A stretch of 64,000 nt of DNA from a virus, in IMG/VR virus record IMGVR_UViG_3300020034_000008, positions 1 to 64,000 of that record, one strand, 5' to 3'. Numbering within the stretch: position 1 is the first letter of the stretch; every line of letters begins with the position of its first letter. The position numbers and the translations under genes are program-made. Below are positions 1 through 6,751 of the stretch, piece by piece. Under the pieces are notes generated by a model that did no database searches, was not told where the DNA came from, and worked only from the letters and a program-made list of their open reading frames with translations.

Positions 1-2
1 TT

Positions 3-257
3 CTAGCCTTCCTGTTCTGAAAGTAAACGATCGGCTGTATCTGCAGACTCGAACATATCAGCGGCAAGCTTACGCGCTTCGCTTGGTGAGAGGCTAAGCC
101 CCACAAGCTTGACGTCGGTAACATCGCCCGAAGGATGCTTAACCCACAGATCAAGCTTGACCCATGCCACAGAGCTATCAGCGTTCGCGGAAAGGTTAGC
201 GGCGACAGTAGGCAAGCCAGTAATTCCCGGAGGGTTCTTTTTCAGTTTGATTCTCAT
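3..257 (-). CDS. hypothetical protein (early arm)
   Basis: ORF 3..368; start moved to the ATG at 257 (MRIKLKK), which has AAAGGA upstream. Confidence 0.6.
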   Translation of the reverse strand: MRIKLKKNPPGITGLPTVAANLSANADSSVAWVKLDLWVKHPSGDVTDVKLVGLSLSPSEARKLAADMFESADTADRLLSEQEG

Positions 258-262
258 GGTAC

Positions 263-490
263 TTAATCCTTTGTCGTTGCGTACATTGAACGATCTGGAG
301 TGTTGCAGATAGGGGCATCGGTTGCCCACACACGGAAGTATTCCCCGACGCAAGCGCAGCAACCACAATTGATCTTAACGGTAACGATCCATCCTTGCTC
401 TGTGCCAAATACAGCAATGCGGCGCATGGGAGGGGATAGCGTGGCAAGAGCGGAATCAATTGCCTGCAGGTGCATATCGTTTGTGATCAT
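263..490 (-). CDS. hypothetical protein
   Basis: ATGA overlap with the upstream ORF; CGCC/CAC cysteine cluster. Confidence 0.5.
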   Translation of the reverse strand: MITNDMHLQAIDSALATLSPPMRRIAVFGTEQGWIVTVKINCGCCACVGEYFRVWATDAPICNTPDRSMYATTKD

Positions 491-681
491 GACACACGTC
501 CTTTGATGTCATCGGTGATAAACGGATCTGCAGACCACAACAGGATCTCACAGACAAGCCCTTTCCAAGCGAAGCTATTGCGCCGGTCAGACTTGAGAAT
601 CTTACGACCTTGCGCCTTGCTTACCTCGAACCTGCCATTGCTGGCGACGATAACCCAGCGCGCTTGAATTTTGTCAGTCAT
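487..681 (-). CDS. hypothetical protein
   Basis: 64-aa ORF, GAAAGG RBS-like sequence, tiles with neighbours. Confidence 0.6.
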   Translation of the reverse strand: MTDKIQARWVIVASNGRFEVSKAQGRKILKSDRRNSFAWKGLVCEILLWSADPFITDDIKGRVS

Positions 682-722
682 GGCTTCTATCTACCTTTCT
701 GTTCTAGGTTTCGTATCCCTGC

Positions 723-914
723 CTATGCCGACCTTCCTTTGGTTTTGATGAATGTGGGTGGGTGATCGAAAACGTAAACCGTTGCCTTAGCCTGGAAATC
801 ACTGGAGTAATAGCCGGTAGCCTCAGTACAAGCTTGTTCAGCTGTGTCTGCAGTAACGGTTATGATCTTCGAATAGTTCGCGCTATAGGTCCAGAGTACA
901 TAAAACTTTGTCAT
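723..914 (-). CDS. hypothetical protein
   Basis: ATG at 914 (MTKFYVLW) after GAAGGGA, downstream of a repeated promoter-like element. Confidence 0.65.
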   Translation of the reverse strand: MTKFYVLWTYSANYSKIITVTADTAEQACTEATGYYSSDFQAKATVYVFDHPPTFIKTKGRSA

Positions 915-928
915 GGTGGATTCCCTTC

Positions 929-982
929 GTCTGTCGTTTTCGGTACTGTATATAAGTACCACGATTAAGGGCCGACGGTTCA
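929..982 (-). promoter_or_regulatory. repeated early promoter/leader, copy 1 (TGAACCGT-N12-GTGGTACTTATA...ACCGAAAACGACAGAC)
   Basis: Same boxes and identical 12-nt spacer as 1770-1821; both copies are intergenic and precede a gene start. Confidence 0.65.
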
Positions 983-1019
983 AGTTATTTGTTTTATTTT
1001 GAGGCTACCAGTGTAGACA

Positions 1020-1244
1020 CTACTCGCGTTCAGCTGTGAAGGTATCATCTTCCTGTGCGTCGAAGATGACGACAGACACGCCAGCGGGGGCCATGGCACC
1101 AAGCATGTAGACGTGGGTAACAGACCCGTTGCAGATCTCGACCATGCTACCGTCAAGGCGAGGCCCCACGGTTTCGCAGGCAGGGTTAACAGTGGTAGCT
1201 GGCGACAGATACAGCGACAAGGCGAGGAAAAGCGTAGTCATCAT
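1020..1244 (-). CDS. putative secreted small protein
   Basis: Hydrophobic N-terminus (MMTTLFLALSLYLSPA), AGGAG RBS, Cys pair. Confidence 0.6.
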   Translation of the reverse strand: MMTTLFLALSLYLSPATTVNPACETVGPRLDGSMVEICNGSVTHVYMLGAMAPAGVSVVIFDAQEDDTFTAERE

Positions 1245-1329
1245 TGGAAGATCTCCTGTGCAATTGGTTATCTGATCGATTGTACAGTCTATAGGACCTA
1301 GCAGCGTTCTGCTAAGCCCGAAGGCTGTA

Positions 1330-1575
1330 CTAGCGACGTCCTAAGCGTAGCAAGCGCGCCGATGCTTTTTGCACGTCAAAGGCATGGCCGCTAGCCTCGA
1401 ATTGTCCAGAACGTTGATTTCCGTTTGGCGAGCGATAGGTATGGTCGCCAGCAGGTTGACGATCGTCATAAACGCGCCATGCGCGCTCCGCTCCGGACAG
1501 CAGTGTCGAGAGGCGATCTTGACGGATCGGGGAAAGATTCGTGAAACTGATCGCGGTCTGAATATCCTTGTACAT
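1330..1575 (-). CDS. hypothetical protein
   Basis: 81-aa ORF, GGAG RBS. Confidence 0.65.
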   Translation of the reverse strand: MYKDIQTAISFTNLSPIRQDRLSTLLSGAERAWRVYDDRQPAGDHTYRSPNGNQRSGQFEASGHAFDVQKASARLLRLGRR

Positions 1576-1611
1576 GATGATTTTCTCCGGTTTTGGCGAC
1601 GTTTACGTGCG

Positions 1612-1740
1612 TTACTTGGTGCAGACGGCGCGAACGGTGGACCACGAAACCAGGCCGAAAAGCCAACCGTTGATCAGAGCATTGCGGTATTCGACGGTTG
1701 CAGAACCCTTGATGAAAGTCACGATTTGCTGATTTGACAT
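1612..1740 (-). CDS. small hypothetical protein (42 aa, MSNQQIVTFIKG...)
   Basis: Translated manually; GGAG RBS; follows promoter copy 2; below the ORF-track cutoff. Confidence 0.6.
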   Translation of the reverse strand: MSNQQIVTFIKGSATVEYRNALINGWLFGLVSWSTVRAVCTK

Positions 1741-1769
1741 TTTGACTATCTCCGGTTCAAAGTGTTTCG

Positions 1770-1821
1770 GTCAGTCGTTTCGGTCTATGTATAAGTACCA
1801 CAGTTCAGAGCGAACGGTTCA
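1770..1821 (-). promoter_or_regulatory. repeated early promoter/leader, copy 2
   Basis: TGAACCGT-N12-GTGGTACTTATA followed by ACCGAAACGACTGAC. Confidence 0.65.
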
Positions 1822-1840
1822 CATTTCGTCGAATTATTTT

Positions 1841-2194
1841 TCAAGTCTCAACAATCGAGGTAACGATCCCGGTACCACTGGCGTCCAGCGTGTAGACTGT
1901 GGCAGTACCGTCATTATTGGCATAAACGAACGTCTTAGCGCTTCCTAGCGTGCCCAGCAGGCGGACCCAGCGCTTATGCTCGCCATCGGTCGCACACTCG
2001 CCACGTGTGTGGCAAGCGTAAAACTCTGCAGTGGCGCGAGTCTCGCACACACCAGGCTGGCCAGTGACGGCGCGAACGCCAGCGCACGTAAGCGCGGCAG
2101 GTGCAGTAAGCTTTACAGCCTGGACACTCGCGTCCGTCTCACTTGTGAAGGAAAGTCCGGAGGAAAGCAGACGGAGAATGAGATAGTTAACCAT
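1841..2194 (-). CDS. hypothetical Cys-containing protein
   Basis: 117-aa ORF, GAGGA RBS. Confidence 0.6.
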   Translation of the reverse strand: MVNYLILRLLSSGLSFTSETDASVQAVKLTAPAALTCAGVRAVTGQPGVCETRATAEFYACHTRGECATDGEHKRWVRLLGTLGSAKTFVYANNDGTATVYTLDASGTGIVTSIVET

Positions 2195-2204
2195 GGGTTT
2201 TCCT

Positions 2205-2345
2205 CTAGTCCGTTGACGTTGTGAGGCGAGCCAAAATCATCAAAGCCGCTAGTGTGTACTCTTCTCTTTCCTCTACTGACCGCGACAGATCAAAGGCTTT
2301 GATCGTCAAGGCAATCGCGCGAGAGAGAAGGCTTTCAGTATTCAT
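2205..2345 (-). CDS. small hypothetical protein (46 aa, MNTESLLSRAIAL...)
   Basis: Translated manually; fills the gap; no RBS; lies directly behind a sigma28-like promoter. Confidence 0.55.
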   Translation of the reverse strand: MNTESLLSRAIALTIKAFDLSRSVEEREEYTLAALMILARLTTSTD

Positions 2346-2352
2346 GATCTAT

Positions 2353-2379
2353 ACATCGGTAGGTGCGCGGGAAACTTGA
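2353..2379 (-). promoter_or_regulatory. sigma28 (FliA)-like promoter TCAAGTTT-N11-ACCGATGT
   Basis: Close to the TAAAGTTT-N11-GCCGATAA consensus with exact spacing; ATG 7 nt downstream. Confidence 0.55.
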
Positions 2380-2381
2380 GG

Positions 2382-2630
2382 CTACTTGTTTTTTCGGCGA
2401 AGTAATTCGGCGATCGCGTCTTTTTCGGTATCAGCGATCCACGAAGGGTTATACGAACCTGAAACTAAGATCTGTGCGTCAAGGTCGTGCCAACCACCGA
2501 TCCAAGACTCGGCAGCATTCTGGCGCTGTATGCGCGCGGTAGAACCGTCGCTGAATACCAGGATTGTCCAGGTGCCGTTAACAAGGTCACGAGGTGACCG
2601 CGATCGGCTGGTTAGAGTAACCTTGATCAT
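2382..2630 (-). CDS. hypothetical protein
   Basis: Start at 2630 (MIKVTL) lies within a 16-bp repeat shared with the adjacent gene start. Confidence 0.55.
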   Translation of the reverse strand: MIKVTLTSRSRSPRDLVNGTWTILVFSDGSTARIQRQNAAESWIGGWHDLDAQILVSGSYNPSWIADTEKDAIAELLRRKNK

Positions 2631-2650
2631 GTTACACATGGCAGAAAACT

Positions 2651-2941
2651 TTAGGTGTGCGGACAATCGCGGCGCATTTTGTCGCACAATCGACAAATAC
2701 GGGAATCATTGCGCTCTGTTACTTCGACGTCTGACAGCGAGATCCTGTGATCGTGAGGCACGGCATAGCCAGGGCGGATCAGATCGGCAATAGCCGCTGT
2801 TTCGCCACGAGTAGAACGGCCAAGCGGGCAACCACTGAAGGGGTGTCCGTCGCTGTCTACCAACCACGCGAGATAATTGGTTTTGCCGCTGTCAACGCCA
2901 AGCGGCGTATCGTTTCGCAATTCAATCTTGACCTTGATCAT
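2651..2941 (-). CDS. hypothetical protein, C-terminal CxxC
   Basis: Start at 2941 (MIKVKI), immediately after the upstream stop. Confidence 0.55.
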   Translation of the reverse strand: MIKVKIELRNDTPLGVDSGKTNYLAWLVDSDGHPFSGCPLGRSTRGETAAIADLIRPGYAVPHDHRISLSDVEVTERNDSRICRLCDKMRRDCPHT

Positions 2942-2942
2942 G

Positions 2943-3230
2943 TTACCAATCTCCGAAAGTGCAGACCGGTCTGCACTTGGACACGGCGCAAGAGTGTGCG
3001 CGAATGTCGCGGATACGCATAGCATCGGAATCCTTGCGAGCGCTGGACCACACGATCGGCTTTGCGCCGGAGATTAACTCACGGCAACGGGGGCAGGAAG
3101 GATCCTTGCGGCCAAAAGTCATGGTGCAAGTTTCAGAGTATCGCACCTTGGCCGGTTTCGGCGACAATGCTTTTAGCTCTGTCGCTGGCTTGCCTGGCAT
3201 CGGGTGTCTAGCGTCTGATTTGTTTAACAT
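2943..3230 (-). CDS. hypothetical Cys-rich (zinc-finger-like) protein, first gene of the leftward arm
   Basis: C..CPRC and HxC..C..C motifs. Confidence 0.6.
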   Translation of the reverse strand: MLNKSDARHPMPGKPATELKALSPKPAKVRYSETCTMTFGRKDPSCPRCRELISGAKPIVWSSARKDSDAMRIRDIRAHSCAVSKCRPVCTFGDW

Positions 3231-3245
3231 TACGAATAGATACTA

Positions 3246-3262
3246 TAGCACGGTCTGTGCCA
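3246..3262 (-). promoter_or_regulatory. sigma54 -24/-12 promoter TGGCACAGACCGTGCTA
   Basis: GG-N10-GC with TGGCAC; predicted +1 near 3236, just upstream of ATG 3230. Confidence 0.65.
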
Positions 3263-3277
3263 TTTCGCCGAATTGTC

Positions 3278-3290
3278 TAAATGCTTGATT
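3278..3290 (-). promoter_or_regulatory. IHF-binding site AATCAAGCATTTA
   Basis: Exact WATCAANNNNTTR match at about -42 to -54 of the sigma54 promoter, the usual position. Confidence 0.55.
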
Positions 3291-3395
3291 TAACTAGGCT
3301 GTCTTAAACGTAGTGTGTAAACATTTACGCAATTTTGCCTTAAACCGCGCAACCTGTTACGCATATGTGCGCAATCTTATACGCACTATCATATC

Positions 3396-3411
3396 GGGCA
3401 TCTTATTTGCA
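3396..3411 (+). promoter_or_regulatory. divergent sigma54-like motif GGGCATCTTATTTGCA
   Basis: GG-N10-GC with TTGCA. Confidence 0.45.
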
Positions 3412-3600
3412 TTAGCTATAGGCAGTCAATACAGTGTACGTTACTCGTACTACACTACAGTCTCTAGCAGTACCCTGCCAGGCAGGCTAACGACGGTGGC
3501 AAGGTGCGCGTAAAAGTCGCGGGGAGGGATAGGACCTAGGAGAGTCCTAAGGAGTAGTGAGAAGGAATGAGAAGGAATGCTGTGTCGGATGCTGCCCGTC

Positions 3601-3616
3601 TGCACTAGTTATGCCA
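3601..3616 (-). promoter_or_regulatory. sigma54-like motif TGGCATAACTAGTGCA
   Basis: GG-N10-GC. Confidence 0.5.
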
Positions 3617-4069
3617 CTATCTCTAAACCCGATCATGCTCTTGATGCGTTTAAACGATGGATCATTTGTTGCATAACGTGTTTTATATGCATTATTCGTT
3701 TATGTAAGGGCAAATACAATTGACGCAAATGCTAAAAACGTCAAGGTTGAACGTTCTGGCCCTAGTTAGTAGCAGAGTGCCACTTTCCGCATGACGCGTT
3801 GCCTGTTTCGTCCTATTGCGTTTTAACCCTATGCGCACTTTTTTGCGCACATAAACAAATCATAGGGTTAGCAACGATGAATTCGCGGCGCGTTAAGTGC
3901 GGCTAGGTGAGGGTAAGCAGAGTTATAGCTCTCTGCATTACACTCATTATCAATCTATAGTCACCATAAGTTTGCGCAAAGTGCGTATGTGGACCCGTGT
4001 GGGTTCAGGCGGGCGAGGCGGACAGAAGTGCCACTTCTGCACCATTAGTGTGTATATGCACCAATGCTA

Positions 4070-4086
4070 TGCATGGGCTATGCCAA
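4070..4086 (-). promoter_or_regulatory. sigma54-like motif TTGGCATAGCCCATGCA
   Basis: GG-N10-GC. Confidence 0.5.
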
Positions 4087-4147
4087 CCTACGTATACACA
4101 CAAGGTGTGCCTATTCGTATGTGTAGCATGCTGTGTAACATAGAGAA

Positions 4148-4163
4148 TGTTTCACGTGCAACG
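4148..4163. promoter_or_regulatory. parS-like site 1 (TGTTTCACGTGCAACG)
   Basis: The reverse strand, CGTTGCACGTGAAACA, has 1 mismatch to the chromosomal parS consensus TGTTNCACGTGAAACA. Confidence 0.7.
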
Positions 4164-4188
4164 TAGGCGAAGACTCACCCTTGCGGTA

Positions 4189-4204
4189 TGTTGCACGTGG
4201 AACA
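4189..4204. promoter_or_regulatory. parS-like site 2 (TGTTGCACGTGGAACA)
   Basis: 1 mismatch to TGTTNCACGTGAAACA; starts 41 bp from site 1. Confidence 0.7.
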
Positions 4205-4213
4205 GTATTTATA

Positions 4214-4330
4214 TGCACTATGTGTGCCAATGCAGTGTATTTTGTTTATATGCAGTGTTTATGCCAAGTGCCATCATTGCATTAAATGGGCCAAGCTAAA
4301 CGAATTGTGCTGTAAGCAATAGATGTGCCA
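4214..4330 (-). repeat. tandem array of four sigma54-like -24/-12 motifs
   Basis: TTGGCACACATAGTGCA (4214-4230), TTGGCATAAACACTGCA (4251-4267), TTGGCCCATTTAATGCA (4278-4294), TGGCACATCTATTGCT (4315-4330); spacing 37/27/37 bp. Confidence 0.7.
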
Positions 4331-4715
4331 TGACGCACCCCCACACCTTAACGCGTTATTTCTCTCGACGAGGACGGCTACCAGATGTTTTATAAATAAA
4401 AATCGCTCGTCTAACCCTTCACATGCTTCGTTTATACGAAACAACATGGAATTAAGAGGGTTCTGCTAGAAAATAGAAAAATATAAGAAAAATTCAGAAA
4501 AATATAAAAAATGAAAAATTGCTCAAACACGTACATATTGCGTATAAATGAAACAGAGTGCTTCGTATATAATGAATAAATGGGATAAAGGTTGCTAATG
4601 CACTGCTGGAAGGAGCCAGGGACGTTACGTAGACCTGTGTAGAAAAATGCCGACCCCTCTTCCCTTCTCCGCTATTTTCTGATAAACCATTAATCCAAGG
4701 ACACCAAGTCCTGTC

Positions 4716-5021
4716 TTGGAACCCAAGATGCGTTCTTCCCGCAAAAGAGTTAAACGCCGAGACCGGCGCAAGGCAAAGCAGACAGGGTATCGTCGTGCAG
4801 GGAAGACTTCTATGGGTTCGCACGTAGGTCACGGAACTTCTGGAAGTCCTGGTGGCCCACGGAAGTTACCTCTAAAGGTTATTCGACTCGATAAGAACAA
4901 AGTTGCAAAGCCATTGCAGAAACGTAAACCACTTATTGTTGAGGTTGCACCTGAACAAGAGAAAGAGAAATACTCTGTGAAGGCTACAATTGCAGAAATA
5001 CTTTCCGCGAAAGGTAAGTAG
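4716..5021 (+). CDS. highly basic (Arg/Lys-rich) hypothetical protein
   Basis: First rightward ORF; start uncertain. Confidence 0.55.
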   Translation: MEPKMRSSRKRVKRRDRRKAKQTGYRRAGKTSMGSHVGHGTSGSPGGPRKLPLKVIRLDKNKVAKPLQKRKPLIVEVAPEQEKEKYSVKATIAEILSAKGK

Positions 5022-5023
5022 AT

Positions 5024-5155
5024 ATGATTTTAGACTTTGCTAATAAAAGAGAACTGTTTCAGATGGCTGTATGGGCTTTTATGGCAGGTGCTGGATTCGG
5101 AGGATTGGTTGGATTCTGGTTAGCATTAACGTTCGGTGTACGAGATAGAAGGTGA
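5024..5155 (+). CDS. small membrane protein (43 aa, MILDFANKRELF...)
   Basis: Translated manually; one Gly-rich hydrophobic helix; tiles between neighbours. Confidence 0.55.
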   Translation: MILDFANKRELFQMAVWAFMAGAGFGGLVGFWLALTFGVRDRR

Positions 5156-5159
5156 ATAG

Positions 5160-5363
5160 ATGAAATATAAAGTAGCTACTCCTGTTGATGCTTCTAAAGG
5201 AATTGGTGTTGGACAAAAACGTACTAGATGGGTGCAAATAGGTACGGGATGGAGTGACGATGTAGGAGGAAAGATAACAGTTGCTCTTTCTGCTCTCCCG
5301 TTTCGTTCAGAGTTTGTCTATCTGTTTCCGGTTGATAAAGAAGGTGAACGAGAGTATGATTAA
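5160..5363 (+). CDS. small hypothetical protein, possibly nucleic-acid binding
   Basis: WxxIGxGW...GxIxxxLxALP pattern; AAGGTG RBS; function is a guess. Confidence 0.55.
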   Translation: MKYKVATPVDASKGIGVGQKRTRWVQIGTGWSDDVGGKITVALSALPFRSEFVYLFPVDKEGEREYD

Positions 5364-5420
5364 GATGCGTGTGAGAAGTGTGAATAATAATGCCTGTGAA
5401 TTAAGGCGTGTTAAAGTACA

Positions 5421-6584
5421 ATGAAAGGACAAAAGATGCGTAAGTTAACTGTTGCGTTGATCTGTCTGCTAATGCCAGTGTTTTCGTGCGACGATGTTTT
5501 AGACAAAGACAAGATGGGTAAAAGTGTTTCTTCACTTGTCGTTGGTGACGGACCACAGGCTGATTTTGTTGGGCGCTCAGGCAAACGCTACAAGTGGCTG
5601 CGAAAGGTTCCTCTATCTACTGCTCCTGCGTCTAACGGGGAGTGGATTGATCGGGCACCAAAATCTACAACAACACTTGCTGTGCCTAATACTAGGGAGA
5701 GTCTGAGAGAGGGAATGCGTACACACCTGTTCACACCAAACGGTCATGAGTTCATTTCAGATGAGCCTGACGACAAGGTTGTAGACATTATCATGCAAGC
5801 TCAAGCTGGCAAGATCAAAATTGGCAGAGATGCCAATAGGTTTCCTACCAAAGAAGACAGCAGTGAGTTTGGTGTAACAAAGCAACCTTATCTGTGGGCA
5901 AACAATAGACACTTTGCTGGTTGTGATAGGACTAATTACCCACAAGCACAGGCTGTTTGGGTCAATGGTGATTCTGGTGGTTGTAGTGCCACGTTGGTTG
6001 GACCTCATACAGTGTTGAGTGCTGCTCATTGCTTCTACTACAACGGAAACACATCACAACTTACACCAGTTGGTTGGCGAGCAAAAGATTGGCTTACACC
6101 GGGAAAAAACTCAACCACTGATTGTGGTCAATCAGGGGAGCCATTTGGCAAATGGGGTGACTGGAGTGTAGCCATGCCTGGCTATTGGATGAATGGCGAT
6201 GGTAATTGGGATTTTGCAGTGTTAGAGGTTTTTCCTAATGAGACTGGATACAGTCCAGGTCAGTTATTGGGTTGGCTTGGACTAGAGACAGGTACAGAAT
6301 TTATGTTCGCTCAACATCAAGGTTTCCCTGGTGATAAAGAACCATACCCACAGCTTTGGGTCAGTACAGGGTATATAGGCGCAAACTACAACTCTATGCT
6401 GGTGGCTGGTCACACGGACATGACTGGTGGCGACAGTGGTGGTGGTATGCATAATGACTATTACAATGTGATGGGTACGGCTAGTAGAGTGTACCAATAC
6501 TGCTTTTTTACTTGTTCATATTATAATCTTTACCAGGCATGGAACAACAATTTCTATGCATTTGCTGTGCAGAATGGGCTTTGA
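5421..6584 (+). CDS. lipoprotein trypsin-like (S1) serine protease
   Basis: LSAAHC, DFAVL and GGDSGG catalytic-triad motifs; signal peptide ending VFS-C. Confidence 0.9.
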   Translation: MKGQKMRKLTVALICLLMPVFSCDDVLDKDKMGKSVSSLVVGDGPQADFVGRSGKRYKWLRKVPLSTAPASNGEWIDRAPKSTTTLAVPNTRESLREGMRTHLFTPNGHEFISDEPDDKVVDIIMQAQAGKIKIGRDANRFPTKEDSSEFGVTKQPYLWANNRHFAGCDRTNYPQAQAVWVNGDSGGCSATLVGPHTVLSAAHCFYYNGNTSQLTPVGWRAKDWLTPGKNSTTDCGQSGEPFGKWGDWSVAMPGYWMNGDGNWDFAVLEVFPNETGYSPGQLLGWLGLETGTEFMFAQHQGFPGDKEPYPQLWVSTGYIGANYNSMLVAGHTDMTGGDSGGGMHNDYYNVMGTASRVYQYCFFTCSYYNLYQAWNNNFYAFAVQNGL

Positions 6585-6588
6585 ACAA

Positions 6589-6723
6589 ATGTTAAAAATT
6601 GCAGTTGTGTTGCTGTTGTTGGTTGGGTGTGAAATGACAGATTGGGGTGTAGGCGACGGTAGTTGCGCGCTATCTTGCCCAGATGTTGGACAAGATGCTG
6701 GAATTGACGGAGAAGTAGACTAA
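6589..6723 (+). CDS. small lipoprotein (44 aa, MLKIAVVLLLLVGC...)
   Basis: Translated manually; LVGC lipobox, acidic tail. Confidence 0.65.
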   Translation: MLKIAVVLLLLVGCEMTDWGVGDGSCALSCPDVGQDAGIDGEVD

Positions 6724-6751
6724 ACAGCTACAAGTGGAGTATGGTAGCGAG

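Noticed and set aside
3558-3579. 10-bp tandem duplication TGAGAAGGAA
   Set aside because: Two copies only; likely slippage
3465-4035. Additional TGGCA(C/G) hits at ~3480, ~3782 and ~4033
   Set aside because: They lack GC at the required 10-nt spacing, so they were not counted as sigma54 motifs
4214-4330. CRISPR mini-array interpretation of the spaced repeats
   Set aside because: Units share only bipartite GG/GC boxes, not identical 25-40-bp repeats; no cas genes
3313-4832. ORF-track entries 3313-3513, 3897-4166 and 4494-4832
   Set aside because: No RBS, implausible composition and overlap with dense regulatory motifs; treated as non-coding
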